Assembly (NCBI GenBank): GCA_028864975.1
Contig: JAGWLG010000024.1
Location: forward strand, 1 to 52,970
DNA length: 52,970 bases
Source of the DNA: Thermoplasmata archaeon
GTDB lineage: Archaea > Thermoplasmatota > Thermoplasmata > Lutacidiplasmatales > UBA184
Reading direction: 5' to 3'
The notes beneath the pieces were generated by a model. That model saw only the letters and a program-made list of their open reading frames with translations, made no database searches and was not told the origin of the DNA. A program made the translations under genes and the position numbers. The stretch's first letter is position 1; each line of letters opens with the position of its first letter. This document shows, piece after piece, positions 44,229-52,195 of the stretch.

Positions 44229-46478
44229 GTGCCAGCGACGGCCGGGTCCTCGGTCCCCGGGGGCGACCTCTCGCCCGATGTCCTCGGCATGCTCTCCCTC
44301 CTGGAGCTGGGAGGAGGGGCCCTCCTGCTGGTCTCGGGAGGGAATGCGGCCACGCGTCGCTCCCACTTGCGCGCGATCGAGGGCACCTTCCGAGCCCGGG
44401 GGATACGAACGGAGCGGCTGGTCGCCTCCTCGCGCGACCGGGAGGTCCCCTACGGCGCTCTCCTCCCCTGGCTCTCCCGATGGGTGGGGGAACGCTCCAC
44501 CGTGGGCGAGTCGAGGGCGGCGAGAGCCCCGCAAACGACGGGTCGGGCATCGCCCGAGAGGCGGGAAGCGCCCTTGCCGATGGTCGCCCTGGTCGGGCTC
44601 TTCGCCCCGGGAGGCGCGGCGAGCGCCCCGACCTCCCTGGCCGCCGCCCCGTCAGTGTCGTCCTTGGGCCATGACGCGGCCCGGCCCGCGGTCGAACCCG
44701 AGGACGTACGGCTCGAGCTCCTGGAGCTCGTCTCGGGCGCTGCCAAGGCGCAGCCGACCTTCGTCGCGCTCGAGCACGCGGAACTCCTGGACCCCCAGAG
44801 CCGGGAGTGGCTCCACCGGCTCGTCCTGGTGATCGAGCGGGTGCCGCTCCTCCTGGCGTTCACCTTCGACCACGAAGGTCCCGAGCTGACGGAGTGGTCC
44901 GAGGCGGGAGGACACCCTCGAAGCGCTCCTCTGTGGCATCGTCTCCCGCCCCCTCCCCCCGAGACCCACCAACCGTCCGTGCAGGGCCTCCCGCTCGAGT
45001 CGCGCCGGTTGCTCCTCGCGACGCTCCTCTCAGGGAACGACGCGGACCCCTCCTTGATCGCCGAGGCCCTCTCCCTCACGGAAGGCGTGGTGCGCCAGCA
45101 GCTGGACTCCCTGAGATCGAAGGGGTGGCTCGACGAGCACGATGGGACCTGGAGCCCGGTGGAGCCAGCGCTCGTCGAGGAGGGACTGGTCGAACTTGGG
45201 GCCTCCGCCTCCCCTGAGATCCACCGCGGGATCGCGCGCGGGCTCGAGAGGCGATTCCCTCAGGCCCACGGGATCAACCGTCTCCATTTGGCGGACCATT
45301 GGACGGCGGCAGGGGCCCTCGAAAAGGCCGTCCCGTTGCTCCGGGAGGGGGCCTCCGAGTGCGAGGTCTGGGGAGCCCCCGAGCTCGCCACCCTGCGGCT
45401 CCAGAGGGCCCTCCTCCTCGCCCAACGGGAACCGGGCGCCCGGGGGAGGGAGCTCGAGGAAGCGGTCCTCTCGCAACTGGGGTCCGTGCGCTACCGGGCC
45501 GAGGACCCGGTGGGAACGGTGACCGCCCTCCGCAAGGCCCTCGAGCTTTCCCAAGCCCGAGGTACCTCGGTGCGCGTGTGGGGGAGCTACGTCGCTCGCC
45601 TCGCCAACGCGCGCGTGCGGCTCGGGGAGGACCCCGAGCCGGAGCTCCGGACCACGCTCGAGAAGGTGCGGGGCCTCCACCCGGGCGTGGAGGCGATCCT
45701 CCTGCGGGCGCTCGCCTCCTACCTCCTCGCCCGAGGGCGCCCGGAGGAGGCCATCGAGGCCGCCGAGAAGGCCGCTTCGCTCGCGGAGAAGGGGAACGAC
45801 GTGGTCCTGGCCGCGCGCACGCGCATCACCGCCGCGACCTGCTACCTCTTCGGCGGTCGGGACCTGGAGCGCCCGCGCCAGCACCTGCTCCGGGTCCTCG
45901 AGATGCGGGAGAAGATCGAGGGGGACCCCGAGGAGACCGTCCTCGTGGACGCCTACGACCAGCTCGCCCTGATCGAGCTCAACCGGGGGAACTTCGCCGA
46001 AGCGAACCGCATGGGAGAGGAGGCGCTCCAGGAGGCGCGTCGCCGCGGCTCCCGGACCAGCCTCGTGGGGACGCTGGGCAACTCCGCTGAGTACGCGTGT
46101 GCGGCCGGGAACTGGAAGCGGGCCGAGGAGATGGCCATCGAGATGCGCCGGCTCTGCGAGAGGTACTCGACGCCCGAGACCGACGACAGCTCCTTCCAGC
46201 TCCTCCTGGTCGAGTCGATGATCTCGGGCGCGAAGGGAGAGGTCCGTCCCGCGATGCGGAAGCTCGACCAGTTGATCGCTACGGCCGAGAAGAGCGGCAT
46301 CCGCTACTTCGCCGGGCAGGCCGTGCTCCAACAAGCCCTGCTCCTGGAGCGGAGCGGCGACCTCGCGGGGGCGCGAAGGCTCGTCCGCCGTCTCCATCAC
46401 GAGGGGATGGTCAAGTCCTTGGGCACAGGGAACGTCCACCAGCTCGAGGCGCTCGAGAAGAAGCTCTCCGAACGTTAG
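44229..46478 (+). CDS. Degenerate STAND-type (MalT/AAA_16-like) NTPase, winged helix and TPR-like superhelix
   Basis: LLLVSGGNAATRRS at the Walker A position; PYGALLPWL; VALEHAELLDPQS at the Walker B position (normally LDDLHWAD..S); HREIA-like (IHRGIA), LADHW, A..A TPR patterns; start uncertain (44229 or 44289). Confidence 0.72.
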   Translation: MPATAGSSVPGGDLSPDVLGMLSLLELGGGALLLVSGGNAATRRSHLRAIEGTFRARGIRTERLVASSRDREVPYGALLPWLSRWVGERSTVGESRAARAPQTTGRASPERREAPLPMVALVGLFAPGGAASAPTSLAAAPSVSSLGHDAARPAVEPEDVRLELLELVSGAAKAQPTFVALEHAELLDPQSREWLHRLVLVIERVPLLLAFTFDHEGPELTEWSEAGGHPRSAPLWHRLPPPPPETHQPSVQGLPLESRRLLLATLLSGNDADPSLIAEALSLTEGVVRQQLDSLRSKGWLDEHDGTWSPVEPALVEEGLVELGASASPEIHRGIARGLERRFPQAHGINRLHLADHWTAAGALEKAVPLLREGASECEVWGAPELATLRLQRALLLAQREPGARGRELEEAVLSQLGSVRYRAEDPVGTVTALRKALELSQARGTSVRVWGSYVARLANARVRLGEDPEPELRTTLEKVRGLHPGVEAILLRALASYLLARGRPEEAIEAAEKAASLAEKGNDVVLAARTRITAATCYLFGGRDLERPRQHLLRVLEMREKIEGDPEETVLVDAYDQLALIELNRGNFAEANRMGEEALQEARRRGSRTSLVGTLGNSAEYACAAGNWKRAEEMAIEMRRLCERYSTPETDDSSFQLLLVESMISGAKGEVRPAMRKLDQLIATAEKSGIRYFAGQAVLQQALLLERSGDLAGARRLVRRLHHEGMVKSLGTGNVHQLEALEKKLSER

Positions 46479-46529
46479 CCCCTCTGGGCGCCCCAGGAGC
46501 GCCCGCACCGGAGCGAAGCGACCACGGCC

Positions 46530-48053
46530 TCAGACGACCCGCGCCAGCTGGTAGGGCTCGTGGGCCTGGCCCGCCACCAGGAGGAAGTTGGGGGTCCAGG
46601 GAGAGACGCCGCTCAGCATGATGCGGCCCTGCCGCATCCGGATCTGAATACGGAGGCTCGCGAGGGGTCGGACGGCTTCCAGGAAGCGGTCCCCGACGCG
46701 CCCGATCACGACCGTGTGGGTCGCCCTTCCGGACATGAACGCCTGGAGGGTCGCGGGGAAGGCGCCGGCGGTCTCGTTCCCGAGCGGGACCTTGAAGGCG
46801 TTCGCGATGGCATAGATCCCGTTGACGTGGACCACGCCGAGGGAGGTCGCCCCGGCCCCCTCCCCCGCGCGCAGGAACTCTTCGACCTGCCAGTTGGAAG
46901 AGGCTGACCCGTCGCCCTTCGGCGCTTCGAGCGGGAGGATGGTGCGGTGGAACTCGTCGTGCGAGTCGGGCTCGTCCTCCCGCCGGGTCGGCACCCAGAG
47001 GAACCGGACCTTCTCGAAGTACATCTTCTGGGGAAGGCTGAACTTGACGCGCTTCCAGAGAAGTTCCGGTGTGGCCCGGGTGTCCGGGAGGATGACGACC
47101 GGCCCCCCCTTTCCCGCGGTCTCCGCCACGATGGGGGCAAGGAGCACGTACGGGACGAGCTGGGGCACGGCGGGGTCGAGCTCGAACAACGTGAGCCCTC
47201 CCACCGGCAGGCGACCGAAGCTCTCGGCAAAGCTGATCGAACCTGGCCAGAGATATTCCGGCATGACGTCGGGCTGAGGCTCCGCCCGGCCCGTGGGCAT
47301 GTCCTCGTACGGTTGGAGCGGCTCGATGCATTCGAACCGCCCCCCTTCCAGCGTGAAGGGATACATCCCATGGGCGATCCGAACGCCCCGGAGCTTGCGG
47401 ACCAGGAGCCAGCGCTCAAGCCGTTCGTCCTTGAACTCGTTCCCCACGTGGACGACGCCGTTCACGAGGTAGTCGAGCTGCGTCTGGGCCTCGCGCTCGA
47501 CCACGAGGACGAGGTGGACCGGAGCGGAGGCCATCCTGGAGAGGAGGATCCGCTCGACCTCCTCCCGGTCGGGAAGGTCCGACCGGTCCTTCCCGGGGTG
47601 CCCCAGGTACCCCTCGACCAGCGCGTCCCAGGAATCGACGACCAGGAGCGAGGGCCCCTCCGCCCCCAGCCGCGACCAGGCCTCTTGCAGGGCTTCGGGG
47701 AGCCAGAGGAAGGCCTTCAGCGCGTCCACCGACCCTTCCGGGCCTGGAGCGAGCAGCTCGGAGAGCTTCCCGACGGACCGCGCGGCACCTCGGACCCCAT
47801 CGGTGGACCCTGCCGTCGCGACCACGTCGATGGACTTCGAGCCCTCCTCCCCCAACCAGGGGAACTCCCGGTGAAGTTCGTCAGGAGCGACGCGGCTGGT
47901 CACCAGGACCCGCCGACCTCCGAAGCTCTCCAGGAGGGCGAGCGCCAGGGTCGTCTTCCCCGCGCCCGGAGGGCCCCGCAACAGGAGGGACTGCGGCCCT
48001 CGCAGCTCGAGGAACTCTCGCAGCTCTCGCGGTAATCGGACGGATGCACCCAT
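46530..48053 (-). CDS. GvpD-like / KaiC-RecA superfamily ATPase with an inactive second domain
   Basis: SLLLRGPPGAGKTT, LLVVDSWDAL, LDYLVNGVV, VRKLRGVRI, YPFTLEGGRF; the second RecA-like half lacks GKT. Confidence 0.82.
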   Translation of the reverse strand: MGASVRLPRELREFLELRGPQSLLLRGPPGAGKTTLALALLESFGGRRVLVTSRVAPDELHREFPWLGEEGSKSIDVVATAGSTDGVRGAARSVGKLSELLAPGPEGSVDALKAFLWLPEALQEAWSRLGAEGPSLLVVDSWDALVEGYLGHPGKDRSDLPDREEVERILLSRMASAPVHLVLVVEREAQTQLDYLVNGVVHVGNEFKDERLERWLLVRKLRGVRIAHGMYPFTLEGGRFECIEPLQPYEDMPTGRAEPQPDVMPEYLWPGSISFAESFGRLPVGGLTLFELDPAVPQLVPYVLLAPIVAETAGKGGPVVILPDTRATPELLWKRVKFSLPQKMYFEKVRFLWVPTRREDEPDSHDEFHRTILPLEAPKGDGSASSNWQVEEFLRAGEGAGATSLGVVHVNGIYAIANAFKVPLGNETAGAFPATLQAFMSGRATHTVVIGRVGDRFLEAVRPLASLRIQIRMRQGRIMLSGVSPWTPNFLLVAGQAHEPYQLARVV

Positions 48054-48129
48054 GAAGGACCCTCAAAAGGCGGGTTCGAGTGGTAGGATGAAGCCTCGGA
48101 GGCTCTTGACCTTACCGGTCGGGCGCCCC

Positions 48130-49104
48130 TCAGGTCCTTCGGAACCTCTGCGCCTGGTTACGCCGCCGTGCCGCGATCCACTTCTGGTCGTCCGAGAAGC
48201 CCGGTAAGGGCGGGGGTTTCATGAGGTAGGTGGGAGCGCTCTTCTGCGACCGCTCGTCGGTCGAGGAGGTGGCGCGCTCTTCGGCCCCTCGATGCCGAGG
48301 GATCCACTCGTAGGCGTAGTCGACGACCTCCCGCTGGTCCATCAGGCGAGCCTCCCCACACCCCACCCGTCCGGTCGTGACCGCGTGCGTCGCCTGCTCG
48401 AAGTCCCGCCCGAGTTCGGCGAAATCCTCGCTGGTACCGTCCAGGTCGCGGAACCTCACCCGGACCACGCGGTGCCCCCGGACCATCCTCCCCTCGAACG
48501 GCACGACCGTGTCGCGTCCCTTCCACCGGGAGCGGAACTCGGCCAGGTGGATCGAACTGTTGGCCCGGTGGTCCACCCCGAGGAGGAGGACCTTCCCGTT
48601 GAGGTCATAGAAGTGGCTGAGCGGCGAGCGTTCGCCCATACCGAAGTCCAGGGAATGGTGGCCCAGCAGGTGGAGCGCGTTAGGACCTCGTGCGCTGAAG
48701 GAGACGTTCGGGTGATGGCTTCGCTGCGTCCCCGGCTGGGTCCGGAAGAGCTCGGCCACGACGCCCACGCCCCGCGTGGGCGAGAGCTCCGGGTCGAAGG
48801 GCGGAACGTTCCTACGGATGGGGTCCCACCAGGACTCGGGCACGGGAGGGTCCGTCCATCGCGAAGGCTCGGGCAGGCTGTAGGAGTAGGCGGGCATCAT
48901 GAGGGTCCCGGCCGGACCCACCGCCTCCTCGAGGGCCTCCAAGACGGTCTGCGCCCCGCCCACGACCCAACCGAGCGCGCTCATGGAGGAGTGGACGAGA
49001 ACGTCCATCCCGGGGCGAACCCCCAGACGGAGCAGGTCCGCGACGAGCCGGGCACGGGTGACCGGGAGCTCTCCCGTCCGCTCGATGACCTCCCTCTCTG
49101 TCAT
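48130..49104 (-). CDS. AAC(3)/YokD family N-acetyltransferase
   Basis: LGVRPGMDVLVHSSMSALGWVVGG, GTLMMPAY, GVVAELFR, RSHHP, GERSPL, VLLLGV, NSSIHLAE. Confidence 0.9.
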   Translation of the reverse strand: MTEREVIERTGELPVTRARLVADLLRLGVRPGMDVLVHSSMSALGWVVGGAQTVLEALEEAVGPAGTLMMPAYSYSLPEPSRWTDPPVPESWWDPIRRNVPPFDPELSPTRGVGVVAELFRTQPGTQRSHHPNVSFSARGPNALHLLGHHSLDFGMGERSPLSHFYDLNGKVLLLGVDHRANSSIHLAEFRSRWKGRDTVVPFEGRMVRGHRVVRVRFRDLDGTSEDFAELGRDFEQATHAVTTGRVGCGEARLMDQREVVDYAYEWIPRHRGAEERATSSTDERSQKSAPTYLMKPPPLPGFSDDQKWIAARRRNQAQRFRRT

Positions 49105-49244
49105 GCGCGGGAAGGAGGCAATGGACCGGCGCCATTTCACACCTTCCCCGCGCGAAGGGCGGCCCCGCCGTGACACCCTCGCCGGGGCGGCGGCACTGCG
49201 TTCTTAGCCTGCGGAGGCCCACTTCGGGCTGAGCTCTCGACGAG

Positions 49245-50606
49245 ATGGCGCTGTCACCTCCTTCCGAACTTCCGGCTTGCTCTGGGTGTGGTGCGCCGCT
49301 CCCGTCCGGGAGCCTCGGGAGACCGTGCATCCACTGTGGGTTTCTCAGCCCCCACATCCCCGCCGACCAGTCCTCCCCTCAGCCCACCCCCCGGAGGCGT
49401 CGTCGGATCGGTGTGTCGGTCGTCCTGTTCGTGGTCTTCCTTCTAATCGGGCTGCTCGTCGTGGGTCCGCTTCTCGGTGAGACCCCCCTGGGCGACCCCC
49501 TCGGGCTCGCACATCGCGCGAACGGAACACCCGTGGGCCAGACCTACTCTCAAGCGAGGGCGATGGCCGACCCCTACGCGGCTGCTCAGGGCGGGGGTGC
49601 CTGGGACCTGTACATCGTGAGCGGTCTCTCGTTGACCCAGGCGTTCCAACCCGGTGCGTGGAGCTGTCCCTCGGGACTGGCGCTCGTCTCCAACGGCGGC
49701 AACCTTGGCACGGGGACCGCCCCGATGTGGTTCTTCGGCTACGCCAAGCCCAACGGGTCCGGGGGCGGAGCCGTCCACTTGGACGTCCTGGTGGAGGGGT
49801 CGACCGTCCATACCCTCCCCGCCTCCTGCGCGGGGGACACGACGTTCCTCGGACCTCTCGCGCCGAGCGGGATCATGGACAGCGAAGTGGCCGCTTCCGA
49901 CGCGCTCGCGGATGGTGGGTCGAGCTACCTTCGCGCCCACCCCAACGCCAGCGCGAACTACCTGCTGGCCGACGCCTCGACGTACCAAGGGTTTTCTCGG
50001 TTCTGGTACGTGGAGCTTGGTGTCTGTCCGGTCCAGGCGCTGGGGCCCCGGGGGGCGTACCCGGACTTCGCGGTCTCGTTGAACGCGACCACCGGGGCGG
50101 TACTTGGCTGGTCCAACACGACGCAGTCCTGCCCTGGAGCGAACGAACCGGCCATCGGAGCCTTGAGCTACGGCGTCGGGGGAGGCGGGGCCGCGGCGTT
50201 GTCGCAGCCGGACTACCCCACCTGCAACAGCGGAGTGGGAGGAGACCCGGCGTGCTTCACGCCCAACGTCGACGGGAGCTGCTCGTTCACGGTCAACCCC
50301 CACTCGGGGGTCGCCCTCCTCATCTCGGTGCAAGACCGGAACGGGAATCCGCTCAGCGGCGTCTCGATCGACCTGACGTCCGTCGGGGTGTCGGTCTACG
50401 CCCTTCCGTCCAGCACGGAGGTGACCGGATCCTCACCGGGGGGCGGGCCGGGCGACGCGATCTGGACCTCCCTTCATGGGACCGTCCCCGCCAACGACCC
50501 GGCGGGAGGAGACATCACGGTCTCCGCGAGCTATTCGTTCGGCGGGACCACCACGACCGGGACGGCCCAGCTGCCGGTCTCGCCGCCTACGAGCGCCAAC
50601 TGCTGA
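49245..50606 (+). CDS. Single-pass membrane protein with an N-terminal double zinc ribbon and a Cys-rich external domain
   Basis: CSGCGAPLPSGSLGRPCIHCG, then RRRRR and the TM IGVSVVLFVVFLLIGLLVVG, then a Ser/Thr/Gly/Cys-rich domain. Confidence 0.75.
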   Translation: MALSPPSELPACSGCGAPLPSGSLGRPCIHCGFLSPHIPADQSSPQPTPRRRRRIGVSVVLFVVFLLIGLLVVGPLLGETPLGDPLGLAHRANGTPVGQTYSQARAMADPYAAAQGGGAWDLYIVSGLSLTQAFQPGAWSCPSGLALVSNGGNLGTGTAPMWFFGYAKPNGSGGGAVHLDVLVEGSTVHTLPASCAGDTTFLGPLAPSGIMDSEVAASDALADGGSSYLRAHPNASANYLLADASTYQGFSRFWYVELGVCPVQALGPRGAYPDFAVSLNATTGAVLGWSNTTQSCPGANEPAIGALSYGVGGGGAAALSQPDYPTCNSGVGGDPACFTPNVDGSCSFTVNPHSGVALLISVQDRNGNPLSGVSIDLTSVGVSVYALPSSTEVTGSSPGGGPGDAIWTSLHGTVPANDPAGGDITVSASYSFGGTTTTGTAQLPVSPPTSANC

Positions 50607-50759
50607 AGACTCGTAGCAGCTCCAGTGCGGCCGACCCCCCTGAGGCGACCGAGCGCCAGCAAAAGGCCCCGCGGCGTTCCCCCCGGGATCGCGAGCGCTC
50701 GTCGGGCAGCTGAGCATCCGGGCCCCTCGCCTGTCCAGTGGGCCGGGGGCCTCGGTAGC

Positions 50760-51170
50760 TCAAGCTTCCGGGAGCATCTGGAAGCCGGCCTCTCGGAAGT
50801 TCCGGTCGAAAGTGAACGCTGAGCTCACCTTGAGCGCCCGCATGAGAACGAATGATGTGCAGTCCACGAAGCTCCACTCCTTGTCAGGGTGCCCGAGCAT
50901 GAGGTCCAGGGAGGCTTGGTGATCGGCCTCCGACAGATGCACCACCTCGAGACTCCGCGAGCTCCGGATCCCCTCCACCAGCGCTCGGACGGCCCCGACA
51001 CCTCGGCGGAACCGGAGGATGGTGTACGACTCCCCCAGCACCTGGTCGGAGGTCAGCATCCGCCCGTGCCGACCGGCGAGGATCTCCCGACGCATTCGCT
51101 CGGCCTCGGCGTGATGGACGTCGTCCGGTACGGTCAGGGCGAAGAAGGCCCCAGTGTCGACGAAGATCAC
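50760..51170 (-). CDS. vapC: VapC/PIN toxin
   Basis: IFVDTGAF, TSDQVLGESY, WSFVDCTSFVLM, AFTFDRNF. Confidence 0.92.
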   Translation of the reverse strand: MIFVDTGAFFALTVPDDVHHAEAERMRREILAGRHGRMLTSDQVLGESYTILRFRRGVGAVRALVEGIRSSRSLEVVHLSEADHQASLDLMLGHPDKEWSFVDCTSFVLMRALKVSSAFTFDRNFREAGFQMLPEA

Positions 51171-51406
51171 GTTCGCTTCCCGTAGAGGACGCGGTCATGG
51201 TCCACCGAGCCTCGCTCGCGCTTTCCGGTGGGAGCCACGGTGGGCCACGCACGAAGCAGGGGGTCCTGCGGATCGACCCGGTCCGGGAGGACGTGCTCAC
51301 GGATCGCCTCTCGAATGACCTCCTGGAGCGTACGAGAGGTCTCGTGAGCGCGGCGTTTCAAAAGCTGGTACTCCGCCTCCGGGATCTGGGCCTGAACAAG
51401 TTTCAT
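51167..51406 (-). CDS. Ribbon-helix-helix (CopG-like) antitoxin
   Basis: MKLVQAQIPEAEYQLLKRRA....TLQEVIREAI; C-terminal SVDHDRVLYG; overlaps the vapC start. Confidence 0.85.
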   Translation of the reverse strand: MKLVQAQIPEAEYQLLKRRAHETSRTLQEVIREAIREHVLPDRVDPQDPLLRAWPTVAPTGKRERGSVDHDRVLYGKRT

Positions 51407-51414
51407 TTTCCATT

Positions 51415-51424
51415 ATTCATGAAT
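51415..51424. promoter_or_regulatory. Palindrome upstream of the RHH antitoxin
   Basis: ATTCATGAAT, a perfect 10-bp palindrome in an AT-rich promoter. Confidence 0.4.
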
Positions 51425-51532
51425 TGGTCATTGTATATGAACACGACCAGGAGGTCGGCCGTGCGACGCCAGGGACACTTACCCGGGGTGAGCGTTCGGA
51501 CTCGGCCGACTCGGTGGACTACATAATCGACA

Positions 51533-51545
51533 TATAGATTCTATA
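51533..51545. promoter_or_regulatory. Palindromic TATA/operator upstream of the second vapBC
   Basis: TATAGA-T-TCTATA, 15-27 nt upstream of the ATG at 51560. Confidence 0.5.
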
Positions 51546-51559
51546 CAGTCACCAGCTGG

Positions 51560-51805
51560 ATGGCCGCCAGAACCGTCGCTCTTGACGAGGAATCCTACGC
51601 TCTGCTCCGAGCTGCTCGGCGCCCAGATGAGAGTTTCAGTGAGACCGTGAAACGTCTGGCCAAGCCGCGAAAGGGGATCGGGGACCTTTGGGGCGCGTGG
51701 GCGAACGCGACCCCTGCTGAGACCAAGCAGATGTCCCGGCTGCAGGCGGCGCTCGCCGAAGGGGATCGGCGAAGGGCCGAGCTCATCCGGAGAGCGTGGG
51801 AATAG
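51560..51805 (+). CDS. vapB: Archaeal VapB-family antitoxin (DUF217-like)
   Basis: RTVALDEESYALLRAARRPDESFSETVKRL matches KTI.I.DEAY..L...K...ESFSDVI.RL. Confidence 0.88.
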   Translation: MAARTVALDEESYALLRAARRPDESFSETVKRLAKPRKGIGDLWGAWANATPAETKQMSRLQAALAEGDRRRAELIRRAWE

Positions 51806-51808
51806 GCC

Positions 51809-52195
51809 GTGCTGGTCCTCGACACGACCTTCTGCATCGACCATCTCCGGGGGAGGGCGGAGGCCAAGTCCAAGACCGACGAGCTCGACGCTTCAGGAGA
51901 GAGGCTCGCGTTAGTATCCGCCTCGATCGTCGAATTCCTGGTCATGCCGTCAGCCCAGGGGGGTGAGAGACTTCGGGAGGCCCTTGACCTCGTCTCCCGG
52001 TGTGAGATGCTAGAGGTGGACGAGGAGATCGGCATGAGCGCGGCACGACTTGGCGGCGAGTGTCTCAAACGTGGGTCCACCGTTGGAGCCATGAATCTTG
52101 TCATCGCAGCCACCGCGATACGCCACAGATGTGCCGTACTCACGCGAGACCCTGACTTCTCCCGGATTCCCGGCGTGATGGTCGTTTCCTACTGA
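51809..52195 (+). CDS. vapC: VapC/PIN toxin, with one conserved acidic residue replaced
   Basis: LVLDTTFCIDHLRG, SIVEF, IAATAI, VLTRDPDFSRIPG; MNLVIA where D.LIA is expected. Confidence 0.9.
   Translation: MLVLDTTFCIDHLRGRAEAKSKTDELDASGERLALVSASIVEFLVMPSAQGGERLREALDLVSRCEMLEVDEEIGMSAARLGGECLKRGSTVGAMNLVIAATAIRHRCAVLTRDPDFSRIPGVMVVSY

Noticed and set aside
46530-48053. Gas vesicle production inferred from the GvpD-like gene
   Set aside because: No structural gvp genes are in the window, and the P-loop family occurs outside gvp clusters.
48130-49104. Clinical-type aminoglycoside resistance gene
   Set aside because: Family membership does not establish the substrate, and there is no mobile context.
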